The notes: generated from the letters alone by a model not told the origin. Shown: positions 11,489 through 23,689, counted from the first letter of the stretch. The stretch: 36,181 bases of DNA from Octopus bimaculoides (GCF_001194135.2 NC_069003.1:28043286-28079466), one strand, 5' to 3'. Numbers and translations are program-made.

Positions 11489-12091
11489 CTATAGTAACCA
11501 AAGCAACTAATTATCTTTCAGTTATATTTTTCTTATAGGTCATTTATTATTAATTATATTACAAATGTAGATAGTTTTGTTAACACCTAAATATAATTTC
11601 TATCTTCATATACTTTAGATATTGTTCTTAATGGGTTTGGAATATCTTTAATCATATATGTTTCTTTTGCTTTTATTGAAAGACTGAAGTTCAATAGATC
11701 TGATATTTGAATAATGCTCCATTATCACAGCTTTCTCAACTGCTAACCATTGTAAACTATTGTCATTCTATCTCATCCCATCTTTAAATGGATGATATTA
11801 GGCATCATTAAAAAGATGTTAATAGTGATGATGATGATCAGATACGTATTCGGTTAGAAAACTGGTTTCATTGGGAGAAAATACTTTTCCTGTATATACC
11901 TGCCCTTTACATTGTCTAATCAATGTTTCTCCCGTAGATAACTTAGCAACTCTTAGTATAATAATACAAGTTTCTTCAGTAGATAACTGTTACCTTAGTA
12001 TAGTAATACATGTTTGTCCTATAGCTAGCTGCTATTTTAGTTTGTGAATATGTTTGTCTTGTTGATAATTGATGCATTACATGCTTCTTCA

Positions 12092-12307
12092 AAGGTGGTG
12101 AGCTGGCAGAAATGTTAGCACGCCGGGTGAAACGCTTAGCAGCATTTCATCTGTCTTTATGTTCTGAGTTCAAATTCCACCAAGGTCAACTTTGCCTTTC
12201 ATCTTTTCGAGATCAATAAATTAAGTACCAGTTGTGTACTGGGGTTGATCTAATTGACTGGTCCCCTCCCCCAAAATTTTGGGCCTTGTGCCTAGAGCAG
12301 AAAAGTA
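12092..12307 (+). mobile_element. Full-length family B tRNA-derived SINE with 14-bp TSD
   Basis: GGTGGTGAGCTGGCAGAA head, GTTCAAATTCC B-box; TSD TACATGCTTCTTCA at 12078-12091 and 12308-12321. Confidence 0.93.
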
Positions 12308-12394
12308 TACATGCTTCTTCAGTAAATGACTGCTATCTTAGTAATGTAATGCACTTTTGTCCTGTAGCTATTTTAGTCTGTATTTGTCCTATAG

Positions 12395-12668
12395 CATATT
12401 GCCTAGCAGCATTTTGTTACATTCTGAGTTCAAATTCTGCTGAGATTGACTCTGCCTTTCATCCTTTCAGGGTCAATAAATTCAGTACCAGTTTAAACAC
12501 TGAGATCAATATAATCAATTCACCCTTACCCTGAAATTACTGGCCTTGTGCCAAAATTTGAAACCAAGATTTCTAATTTTCTCATAAGGAATGAAAATAA
12601 AAAGTTCAGATTAACCAGTCTGAAATCATACTAATGTCCAAATTACAACTGTACATCAATTTATTTTA
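12395..12668. repeat. Right arm of the inverted duplication, inserted inside a minisatellite unit
   Basis: Interrupts TTTGTCCTATAG^CTAGCT; reverse complement of 10500-10760. Confidence 0.9.
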
Positions 12669-13126
12669 GCTAGCTATCTTAACATGCATTTGTCCTGTAG
12701 CTAGCTGCTATTTTAGCATGCATTTGTCCTGTAGCTAGCTGCTATTTTAATATGCATTTGTCCTGTAGCTAGCTGCTATTTTAGTATGGTAAGACACATT
12801 TGTCCTATAGATAACTGCTATCTTAGAATGGTCAACATGTTTCTTCTATAGATAGCTGCTCCCTTAGTATATAACAATACATGTTTCTCATGTAGGTAGC
12901 TGCTACCTTAGTATTGTGATACATGTTAGTCCTGTAGGTAGTTGTTATCTTAATGTTTCCATTATATCTGAATTCTGTTTAGAAAGTGGCAGGTGATCAA
13001 TAAGAAGAAATAATTTTATTAAGTTTTCAAGCATTGAACTGATTGAAATGTTCTGTATATTTGACAGACAAGTGATAAATTAATTCTTCATTCCAATTAA
13101 ACTCTTTTCTTTTTTTTTTTTTTTTT

Positions 13127-13136
13127 NNNNNNNNNN
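13127..13136. other. Assembly gap (10 N) within poly-T
   Basis: N run. Confidence 1.
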
Positions 13137-13429
13137 TTTTTTTTTTTTTCTTTTACTATAATTTAACCAAAATGCTACTGGTTCTCTTCGCTGTTCGTTA
13201 ATTAGAAATTGTTTAACAATCTGTCAAATTTATGATTTTCACCTGTTATCTTGTCAATAAACCACATTGCTGGCTAGCCCAATCAATGATGGATCTTAGT
13301 TGTAAAGCCTGTGTGTATTTTCTGTCATTATTTCAGTGTCTGACATTCTTTTGTAATGGTGGTAGCTATAATTACCATCATCATCATCATCATCATCTCT
13401 TCAGTCATTGAAGGAATCTACTTATGGTC

Positions 13430-13611
13430 TTTTAGTTTGCTTGATTTAGCAGAAAAATTTCCTTCTCATTAAATCTCACCACCTTTAACAAGGACACTGG
13501 ATAATGTATCTCTAGATAATCTTAAAAAAATAGGATGGTCATAGCTGAAGTACCATTGATCAAAGATTTGCTCAATCAAGATTAGCCTGGGGTTAAACAA
13601 CAACAAAAACA
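13430..13611 (+). mobile_element. SINE 3' part with (ACA)n tail
   Basis: GGACACTGGATAATGTA...TAGCCTGGGGTTAAACAACAACAA. Confidence 0.7.
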
Positions 13612-13954
13612 TTTTTATGTTTTATTCTCCTTTATAGATCCCTGTTCAAAAACATAAGGACACTGGTATTGTGTCATATAGCCAGCTGGAGATGATGTTT
13701 TCCAGGACTAAACAACAGTAACAATCGTCCTTTCCAGGACAGCCACATTATGTTGGCAAATAGCCTTTACTTTAAAGACGTTTTACTGAATATCTCTCTT
13801 TGAGACATTTAGAAATAGCAATATTTCTATTTTACAACAAACAATTCTTCAGATATCCTCATGTATTAATATATTCTTTAATTTCATCATTATCATTGTT
13901 TTAACGTCCATTTGTGAAATAGGAATGAAAGGGGTCCATAAGCAAAAAATGATT

Positions 13955-14097
13955 GAGAAACACTGCTCTACAATATCATTCTAAAAGTAAACAGTCACTT
14001 TATAGAAATCCCAAAGCTTTGAGATAATGCATGATTAATTCAAAATAGTGTGAAAAATAAGCATCAAATTTGACAGAGTAATCTGAATGCTAAAGGC
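13955..14097. mobile_element. Partial piggyBac-type MITE, with a hAT MITE end (GAGAAACACTG) just upstream
   Basis: Ends CTGAATGCTAAAGGC followed by TTAA. Confidence 0.7.
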
Positions 14098-14269
14098 TTA
14101 ATTGGAATTTCAAGTTATCCTCTGTTACATCTGATGAGAATCTCATTTAGTGTTTTCTCAGCGCTTTTGATTAGTTCTGATTCGTGTTCATCCCACTTAT
14201 AAACAAACACCACACTGTAATGCAGACAATTATGTACCTTCTAACAATTTTTTTATTTATATATTGGTT

Positions 14270-14765
14270 TTAAATTTTGGCTCAGGGCTAGCAACTTTTA
14301 AGGGAGGGGTAAGCTGACCCCAATATTCAACTGGTACTTATTTTATCACTCCCGAAAGGATGAATGGTAAAGTCAACTTTAGCAGGATTTGATCTCAGAT
14401 TGTGAAGACAGACAAAATGCTGCTAAGCATTTCACCCGATGTGCTAATGATTCTGCCAGCTCACTGCCTTATATTTATTTATTGATTAACAACATTATGC
14501 CAAAGAATGCTTATATTATACTTCATTTTGGTTATGGTGCTTCTAGGCATACTTCCTTATTGAACAGCCTGCCAAGACCACCTACACACACATACACACA
14601 TGATATACATAAGCCAATTGCAATAGTCAAATGATATTTTATTGACACAAAATGAATAAAAAAATAAAGTCAACTGTGGTGGGATTTGAACTCAGAATGT
14701 AAAGGAATGTAACTAAATATTACAGTTCATTTGTCCAGTGCTCCACTGACTCTGCCACTCCATCA
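14270..14765 (-). mobile_element. Family B SINE (14270-14470) plus a head fragment (14660-14765)
   Basis: Reverse-complement match to 12092-12307. Confidence 0.75.
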
Positions 14766-15564
14766 AACATAGCTTCTATTTCAGCCATTGAATAGCAATA
14801 CTCTGTTCTGTTCTTACAGTAATTATTGAAGTTATCAGTATTAATACATAGTCTAATCATAATGGGATTCGACAATCTATAAATGCCATGCTAATACAAT
14901 AAACTTCTCAAATAATGGCAACCTCCCTCGAGGATTTGAGATGCTGTTACTGTGAATTTTCCATTGTCTAGGAAGTTTTATTAAATGCATTCGTTACATA
15001 CATAAAAGGGAACATTAAATAAGAAATAAAGACACTGCTTTATTAGCTACTGAATCCGCAGTAAGCAATTTGAGGCAGCAAGGGATGTTTTGTAATAATA
15101 AAAAAGCACGTCAAAAATGCCAAACAGAAATAAAAAATTTTTTTTAAATGCTGAAACACTGTTCATGCTAAATAATTATTGCATGTTTATTACATGGTAA
15201 TGACACTAATGAAACAGACCCTGAGTGAGTGCTGGATAATTACTACATGTTTTACTGTGTGGTAATGATGCAATGAGCAAGTACGCCACATGTGTTTGAT
15301 AATGGCTATATGTTTATTGTATAGTAATTGTACTGTACAGAAATAAGTGGAGCAAGTATTTTCAAATAAATGAAAAATAAAAGTGATTTTTAAATTCTCA
15401 ATTGCAGGATAATGCTATTAATATAGCCTGAACAGGATAAACTACCCCTATTTTGCAGAAAAAAGTGTAAGTGGTTAGCTGTGAAAAATATTTTTTACAC
15501 TAAAAAAATTTCCAAAATTTTTTTGAATTCTCCAGCCTGAATGACTGATTTATAGATATGCATT

Positions 15565-15945
15565 TATCTTTTACTTGTTTCAGTCATAGGACTGTTGCCA
15601 TACTGGGGCACCACTTTAAAGGGTTTAATCAAATAAACTTACTCTGGTACCTATATTCTATCATTCCTTTCAGCTGAACTGCTAAGTTATGGTGATGTAA
15701 ACAAACCAACACTGGTTGTCAAAATGTGAATCGGTGGTGGGGAGGCAAACATATATTCAAAGATGCACACGTGTGTGCATGCATGCACACATGATAGACA
15801 TGCATAAAACATTGGTTGGCTTGATGTTATAGTAATAAACACTTGTTATAGTAATAAACAGGTGGTGTACTGTGGGACTGAACCCAAACAAAACCATGTG
15901 ATTGTGAAGTGAACTTTTTTAACCACACAGCCATACCTGTGCCTA
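15565..15945 (-). mobile_element. Old family A SINE
   Basis: TTACTTGTTTCAGTCAT...TGTGGGACTGAACCC...ACCACACAGCCATACCTG. Confidence 0.8.
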
Positions 15946-16084
15946 TATATATATATATATATATATATATAACTAATATATTATATATTAGGAAACCTGG
16001 TATAATATTATACCGATTTTTGCTCGTAAGGCTGGAATAAAAATTTCTTATTCCCTAATATATATATATATATATATATATAAT

Positions 16085-16293
16085 TTCAACCAGCTATATC
16101 CAGCCAAAACATTCCAACTGTCTTATGTTCAAATTGATCAGATCTGGCCTCTCACACTAACCCTAGAATATCTTTATAAAAATTAACAGTTACCTCATGA
16201 AAATGTCAAAAGCTACAAGGTGATGCAGATATATTCAAATCAATGTCAATAAATAATCATCACATTTAACAGAATAACCTGAATGCTTAAGGG
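16085..16293. mobile_element. piggyBac-type MITE (left end lost in a TA run)
   Basis: Ends GAATGCTTAAGGG followed by TTAA. Confidence 0.75.
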
Positions 16294-16319
16294 TTAAGCA
16301 TATATTATCCTTAAATACC

Positions 16320-16522
16320 TTGCCGGTGCCGCATTAACACACATGTGCCAGTGGCATACGAAAAGCACCAGGCACACTCGGTAAATTGGTTAGTGTTAGG
16401 AAAAAGGCATCCAGCCATAGAAACCATGCCACAACAAACGATTGGAGTCTGACAAGTTCCTGTCAGGCCATCCAACCCATGCCAGCATGGGAAAAGGATG
16501 TTAAGCAATGATGATGATGATG
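16320..16522 (+). mobile_element. Older copy of the (GAT)n-tail SINE
   Basis: GGCATCCAGCC..AGAAACC...CATCCAACCCATGCCAGCATGG...ATGATGATG. Confidence 0.8.
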
Positions 16523-16857
16523 AACTCTATGCATAGAAAAACTTAGATTCTGTTTAAGAATAAAGCAAAAGAAGGAAATGTATCCATAGAACGACTGAGC
16601 TTTAGACCAAGGCCCTTTTCAATTGTTTCTTTTCCGGCATCGTCTTTGTTAGAACAATGGATGACCTCTTGATTTTTTTCAAGATTATGCACATTTGTCT
16701 GTAAACTCTTGATCTGAAAAAGTTTATGCTAATTCATTATCATTGTCAACTGCAATCAAATCATTGATATTTTTATCTATGAGACTACGTAATGGATTTT
16801 CTTTATAAATAAATAAATAATAATAATTCAGACACACACACACATATATATATATAT

Positions 16858-17025
16858 ATACGACGGGCTTCTTTCAGTTTCCGTCTACCAAATCCACTCA
16901 CAAGGCTTTGGTCGGCCCGAGGCTATAGTAGAAGACACTTGCCCAAGGTGCCACGCAGTGGGACTGAACCCGGAACCATGTTGTTGGTAAGCAAGCAACT
17001 TACCACACAGCCACTCCTGCGCCTA
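16858..17025 (-). mobile_element. Young family A SINE, short form
   Basis: CpG-rich intact head GGCGCAGGAGTGGCTGTGTGGTAAG on the minus strand. Confidence 0.95.
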
Positions 17026-17249
17026 CGGATTATATTTTACTAGCAATGTGTTGTTTATTATTTCATGGTGTACCTTACCATGAAAGAAAACGTTTGTGCT
17101 CTCCAAATACATTTAATCTTTGAAATCTTAAGCTTTGGCTGAAATAATTACCATAGATACCTATACCTTCCAATTGCATCATAAAAAGACACTTGTGCAA
17201 TATTTTATCTAAGTTTTCACATTTCGCTTTCTGCAGACTGTTCCAATTT

Positions 17250-17460
17250 GTTATTTTATTGTTAAACTCAGAACATGCAACAAAATCCAAAAGCTCTTAA
17301 GTCTTTAATGCCATATAAAGATGACAATTCTAAGTTATATTCTTTCATTAACATATTTCTACTTATTATGTTTCATTTCACTTTATTATCAATATCTAGT
17401 TCATCAATAAGTTTTAATATATTCTTTTGTTCCTTCTTCTCGGTAACTTTAAATATCATG
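17250..17460 (-). mobile_element. Probable decayed hAT transposase fragment
   Basis: KNILKLIDELDIDNKVK*NIISRNM...FGFCC, then frameshifted HVLSLTIK; resembles the hAT pattern L.E..I..K...I.TDN..NM...C.AH.LNL.VK. Confidence 0.45.
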
Positions 17461-17837
17461 ATGAGGACGTATGATAATAAAATAGTTTTAACACTGCATT
17501 AGATGTTTCACACAAATAACAGTAGTGAATGCAAAGAATTGAACATAATGCCTGCAGTTTTCTTTATTGCCAAACAATTTTCAAAAATGTCATTTGCTAT
17601 GATTTCCTGCTATTCTGCAGAATGCTATTTCGAACATTGATATGTTGTAAAGCTATTGTGCATTCTGGTATATATGAATTGGGATTCTGATTCTGAAAGG
17701 GTAATACTTGAAGGGTTTGTGGTTTACTGAAGATTTGTTGCATATATACATATATATGCATATTTTTTTATATATGTGTATATGTATATTTCTATGTATA
17801 TATGTGTATATATGTATAAATATATATGCATGTATAA

Positions 17838-17881
<44 letters not shown>

Positions 17882-17885
17882 TAAT

Positions 17886-18051
17886 ATAGGCGTAGGAGTG
17901 GCTGTGTGGTAAGTAGCTTGCTTACAAACCACATGGTTCTGGATTCAGTCCCACTGCGTGGCACCTTGGGCAAGTGTCTTCTACTATAGCCTCGGGCCGA
18001 CCAAAGCCTTGTAAGTGGATTTGGTAGATGGAAACTGAAAGAAACCCGTCG

Positions 18052-18052
<1 letters not shown>
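17886..18052 (+). mobile_element. Young family A SINE, short form
   Basis: GGCGTAGGAGTGGCTGTGTGGTAAGTAGC...GAAACCCGTCGTATA. Confidence 0.95.
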
Positions 18053-18086
<34 letters not shown>

Positions 18087-18469
18087 AAAGTGTTGTAAGT
18101 CCAAAACATTGCTTTTGCAGAAAACGAAAAAATAGGTTGACCATTCCATGGCAAAACTGTTGTACTGCACTTTGACAATTTTTGATATTTTGGCATCTGA
18201 AGCAACTGGAGATATGATAGTTTGACCAAAAGAACCGGTTATTGCAAGCAAAAATAAATGCAGAAAAAATGTTTTTGGCCAAATTTGGACATACAACAGT
18301 TTAACATAATAGCAATGATATATATATTGAAGGAAAAAGAGAGAGAGAGATGCTCACACACACACACAGTTGATTATGACAAAATTTGAACTCTGCAAGG
18401 AATGAAATGGAACAAATACCGCAAAGCATTGTATTGCAGTATGACTTCCAATTTTCCATCCTTATTTAA

Positions 18470-18690
18470 TCCTTTAACACTCAGGTTACTTTGTCAAATG
18501 TAATGCTTGTTTATTCACATTATTTTGAGATAACCATGGCTTATCTCAAAGCAACAAAATGTTGGTAATATGATTGTTTATCTTTAAAATGACATTAAAG
18601 GGTAAGTGTAAGAGGCCAGACCTGGCCTGTTCAGACATAAAATTGGTAGAATATTTGTGGCTGGATATGGCTGGTTTAAATGATTAAGGG
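18470..18690. mobile_element. Complete piggyBac-type MITE, about 220 bp
   Basis: TTAA at 18466-18469 and 18691-18694; termini TCCTTTAAC / ATTAAGGG. Confidence 0.8.
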
Positions 18691-19259
18691 TTAATAATAT
18701 TCTTAATTAGTTTAAAAGTTCATTGCCAGTAATGAAAAACATGAATAAAACAGTAAAATATATCTATGAGAAATATACGAAGAAGGCACAAAGTTTGCTG
18801 ATGACTTAGCAGGTTGTTGGAATTAAATTTACTGGTATGAAATGTGTAACAGCTGTGTAAAATGTAATTAGTCATAGCTGAAATAGTACTTACTACCCAC
18901 TGTTGTCCAGTATTGTTTCTACTTGACGTGTGATATCTCTATATTTTAGTGTCCAATACATTCAACTTATTAATTCCGAAGGATTTAATTATCTTCTTTC
19001 ATTTGTGATGTTTAATATTTGTAATGATTCATATAATGACTGGCAGCCGGAGGCTGCTGGTGGTTGTGGTGGTGGGGTAGATGGATGTCCTTAAGGACTC
19101 CAGTGATTGACAGTCTAACAAACTACAACAAAGCTGTCATTCTCTACTTGTCAAATGACATGTCATTTTCTCTCAGTTTCAACATCTGAGTCAAAGTAAC
19201 AACTACAACAACAACAGCAAGATTAGTTTCTGCTATTTGGAACACGGTGACTTGCAAAA

Positions 19260-20094
19260 CAAAACATTGTTTCACTGATATTTATTGAAGAGATAAAGAT
19301 TGCTTGCTGACCACTTATATTTAATTGTATAAATGACATGCCAGGTCATTTGTGAGCACTAATGGCAACATCTAAGCCAACACAACCTCCTGCACGGGTG
19401 GATCTGTGGTGACTAAACTGGTAATACCACACTGGACATCTCATTGCATCCTAATATGATTCCAGCCTCTGCTGCCTTGCTACTGGATGAGAAAATTAGG
19501 CCAGTTGTCTTCTGCTGCTCACCTTCAGTATAATCCATGTTCAGTGTGAGTCAAAATTCAAACTTCTTGAAACCATAATCAGATGATGCATCAGAGACAA
19601 CTGCGACGATGAAATTCCATCACTTTTGTAGTTTCATCTCTCAGTGGGTACTGTATATGGGGGTAGTCATGGATTTGGTTGTCTGCATTGTCATAACCTT
19701 CATTGTTGTGGTGTATATATTATACAAACATGTTGTATGATATATATATATATGAGTATAAGGGTGTGGGGCCCCCTGAGAAGAAGGGAGATATTGATTA
19801 GCATCTGCATGGGGAAGGTTTATGTGCCATAGATATTGTTTAGAGAAATGTCTATGTTGCTATAAATGCATGGATATGTGATGATAGTTGGCAATGAGGA
19901 CTGACAGAAAGAATGTCTCACAAGCCAGTTTGCTGAGAGTACATAGCACAAAAACGTCACACAACAATTATATATCCACCATTTCATCATAATAACAGCT
20001 TTGACTGATAATGTTGTAAACCGACAGTGACCACCACACTGACAATAAACTCTGTTGTGACCTCCACACTGCCTTAGCTTATAACCTCATAACA
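19260..20094 (+). mobile_element. Probable Gypsy-like LTR retrotransposon 3' end (internal remnant plus 3' LTR at about 19792-20094)
   Basis: Purine tract GAGAAGAAGGGAGA (19778-19791); AATAAAC near 20044; end CATAACA; HQRQLRR peptide resembles an integrase C-terminus. Confidence 0.4.
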
Positions 20095-21777
20095 TTCAAA
20101 ACTAGTTGTTTGTAACTTACAACATTGCAAACCATGTCCCGGATGTAATTTACCACGTCAATGATAAATAGAAAATGTTTGAGGACAAACAAGTTAATTG
20201 GTTGTTGCAAAGTTTTCCATCTTCTACCTGTCTTGTAAATATGTGTTTAATGTGACTGCATACACATTATCCTCTATGTTTAAGTAGGACTGCAGCCAAT
20301 GTGTAATGCCCTGATTTTTCACTCACTAATTGTTGTCTTCCATGCTTTCATTTATTTCCGCAAGCTATAAACACTGAGAACAATATAACTATTTTATAAT
20401 AGCTTTGTCTTTTGTGTACTTAATTGATGCTGAAATTTTAGAAGGGTTGACATAAACTGATGTTTTCAGCTAAGTACAACATAATTTGCTTTCTGCTGCT
20501 GCTTCTGAAACTTATGTAACCAGCAAATAAATATCAGTTCCATACTGGAAACTATTGTCCTCGACATGGTTTTTGCTATTTTAATACTTTCCTGTTATAT
20601 TTTCTAAATCATTAACGACATAGACATCAGCAAAATGGATCAATACTTGACAGACTAGTTAGTTTATATGGCCATGTTTTACAAGACAGTATTTTCAATG
20701 AATACATTGAAATAAATGGAATAAACAACCTTCAGCTCCTGATTGTAATCCAAGTTACCGTTTTTTTTTTTTTTCTTTTTCTACAGTTTATTCTTTTTAA
20801 TTCAGTCTTAATCTCTACTTTTAAACATCCCCCCCCCCCCACTTATCTTATTTAGAAGATTAAGAATTATCATTCAATTCTAATATTGGAATCCTATTGC
20901 AATTATTTCCATCTCTAGCATACATCAGTTTAGATTAGTAGTTCTCAACATTTTGTACCTCAGTTCCCCCTTCCACAAAGTAGCATTTTGTAAATAACCT
21001 CTCCTTACATTTCCTCTATTTAGAACATTTAGAACCTTTCCATGGAGAACTTTCTGATGTTCCATATTTCACACATATGTAATAGAACCCTCTTCGTGTT
21101 CATGTTGAAAACCCCGAGTTGTCTGTGTATTTTGATTTCATTTGATATTTTCACTGAACTAAATCCTATTTCGTTTCTCAATTTGTATTCTGTTTGGATT
21201 CAGTGCTTCAACTGAATAGTTTAATTGTTCAGTTATACATTGTAGCAATATTATATATCCATTGGTGAATATTTCTGTAATATTTTATTATTCAATTTAA
21301 CCAAAATCTACAGATGCTTTTGATTATTTTCTATCAGAGTCTGCATCCATATTAATACACAAATATACTTTGATGATTTATATGTGTAATTTTTATATTC
21401 AGAAATAGAAATATTATGCTAGGAAATAAATTTATTATATAAAACTGATATTTCTTTGCAAATACTCATAACTAACAAAATAAATATATGTTTTCTTCAT
21501 TTAAATATAACAAGACATTCAAAATCCTATAATGTAAAAGAAATGTTGTCTGCCTTTCATTTTGTAAATAAAAATAGAATATTCTATGTTGTCTTAGAAA
21601 CTAACAAGTATTCACACATGGTTTCAGTAAATCTATTTAGTTCTCTCTATAAAATATTATCATCGTGTCTGTCAATAAATTATGGACACAGATAATAATA
21701 TATTAGATTCAAATATCAGATATTTTCTTGTTCTATTTCAAAAGGTAACAGCATATAATATTTGTGTTTTGTATTTG

Positions 21778-22850
21778 TGTAACAGAGAGGAAATAGGTAT
21801 TCTTTTAGCTGCTGGTGTCTACGTTTCTTGCAGACAATCACATTCTTTTTATCTTCATCAGTTCATTCTTGTTGGTATTGTCTTTCTGTCTCTCTTTCTC
21901 TCTTTCACATACAATCACATTATCTCTTTTTAGTGTTGATAAAAGAATCTGGCATGCACACACGCACACAATGTGCTTACACTCCCCTTCACCTATGGTT
22001 ATTTGATGATGGCCATCTTGTCCTTCAAGTGTAGGTAAAGAGCAACAGCAACAAAGGATGCAATGTATATGACTGACTTTAACATTACAATTGCTACCAC
22101 CTATGTTACTCCTACCATATGTCTTTACAAGCAAGGAAAGTACAGAACTATCGGTATTTTATCACAGACTCTCTTGGTGAAGGAGTCACACTGTGTGACT
22201 CCTTCTGTCACACAATGTGACTCCATCTGTCACACTAATGGCTTTCCCTGAGATCCAAGATCCATAATTGACATTGCACAAAGAAGCTTGATAGTAGTGT
22301 TGGTCATGCACAAATCCTAGTATCTTTGACACTGGAGCCATTTCCTTCACAAAGACAAAGGTAACTGAACACAACTGGTACTGTTACCCAGATGCTAGAG
22401 ATTCACATAAATCCAGTCTGTCAAAAATTGCCTTGAATTAACCACCATAACTGGCTTTTCTCTCAAGATGTACTCCCGTAGTCTTTATTTTCTTGGGTAG
22501 AGTGGATAGGTCTCTCCTCCATGGCTACGTCACCCTACCTACCCATCTCCTTGACAGATACTCTGGCGAATTCTCTAGCTGCATCTCTTCCCAAATGACC
22601 TTATAATCTGCTTGTTCACTATTTCAAGTATTTCTCTGACCCTACACATTGATAGATAGTCACTGATCTTTCGTAGACTTCATCCATCATTTTGATAGGT
22701 TTTGTTTTTGTTCTCCCCAAATTAGCCTAGAGGGAGTTATGGTTTAATTTCTAACAACCCAACCATGTAGCAGATTACACTGGATTACATGTTACTGGTA
22801 GAACTCAGAACAACCTGGCTGTCATTTAGATCCCTACCCTTATCCATTTA
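21778..22850 (-). mobile_element. Probable Gypsy-like remnant: 204-bp 3' LTR (21778-21981) plus internal sequence
   Basis: On the minus strand, PPT AGGTGAAGGGGAG directly precedes TGTAAG...; the LTR ends ...GTTACA (TGTAA/TTACA inverted ends); GHLGRD-like integrase zinc-finger peptide near 22590. Confidence 0.5.
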
Positions 22851-22855
22851 TCTAA

Positions 22856-23074
22856 CCCTTCAGCGTTTTAAACTGACCATATCTGACCTAAATATTCTAC
22901 CTGTTTTATGTTAAAACTGATGACATCCAAACTCTCAGAACTACTCTACAATGTCATTCTAAAAATAAACAACCACATCATCAAAATCTCAAAGTTAAAA
23001 TGTGAGGCATCATTAATTGAAAACAAAGTAAATAAACGAGCATTACATTTGACAGAAATATGAATGCTAAAAGG
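22856..23074. mobile_element. piggyBac-type MITE
   Basis: CTAA|CCCTTCAGC ... GCTAAAAGG|TTAC. Confidence 0.75.
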
Positions 23075-23204
23075 TTACTATTAATATTATTATCAATTAA
23101 ATGAAACCAAACCTCATTATCAAATATAAATTAAATCTCCTATTGTTGTTTATTTAACTTATATATATCAGTTGTTTGCATGTTTAAGCATATAAATATC
23201 AATT

Positions 23205-23400
23205 AATAACAGCGAGCGAGCAGAACCATTAGCAAGATGGACAGAATTCTTAGTGTTTTACATTCTGGGTTCAAATGTTGCCAGGGTCGATTTTGCTTTT
23301 CATCCTTTTAGGGTGATTAAAATAAAATACCATTTGAAAATTGGGGTCAGTTTAATTGACTTAGCCCCTCCCCTGAAATTGCTGACCTAGTGTCAAAATG
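23205..23400 (+). mobile_element. Family B SINE
   Basis: GCGAGCGAGCAGAACCATTAGC...GGGTTCAAAT...GTCGATTTTGCTTTTCATCC...GAAATTGCTGACCTAGTG. Confidence 0.8.
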
Positions 23401-23689
23401 TTGCACCAATTATTTAACTCTCCATCTCCCATGAAGTATTTGACACACACTTCCTTATGGGACATACTTTGCATCGTTTTTTTGGATTGAATTGGATTGT
23501 CCATTCTCAGTTGACTACAGAATGAGAGTCTCAGCATGTTCTCTCCATCAAACTCAGTCTGATGGGAAGGCTGTGTATTTGAGCTTGTGACCATACTGGT
23601 TTAATGAGCCTATTCTTCCACACTAACTCAGCATGGCTTAGCAGAGGAAAGCAGTTATTTTTTTTTATATATATACATTCATACCCAGG

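Larger units (their letters stand above)
11920..12960. repeat. Degenerate minisatellite, unit about 34-43 bp (core TTTGTCCTGTAGCTAGCTGCTATTTTAG), interrupted twice
   Basis: Three near-perfect 34-bp units at about 12680-12785, with diverged units on both sides. Confidence 0.9.

Noticed and set aside
12092-12190. tRNA genes suggested by A-box and B-box motifs
   Set aside because: These are SINE heads continuing into SINE bodies; no complete cloverleaf.
11920-12960. Repeat array with intervening sequences resembling CRISPR
   Set aside because: Eukaryotic context, degenerate tandem units without unique regular spacers, and no cas genes; the inserts are a SINE and a local duplication.
14131-14137. 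Other CTGATGA cores (14131, 18798, 22917 on plus; 21855-21861 on minus)
   Set aside because: No closing stem I together with a properly placed GAAA; 22917 lies inside a MITE.
19609-19740. Short ORF with a transmembrane-like stretch (LYMGVVMDLVVCIVITFIVVVYILYK)
   Set aside because: Only about 43 codons, inside a probable LTR-element remnant, GT-rich composition, no splice support.
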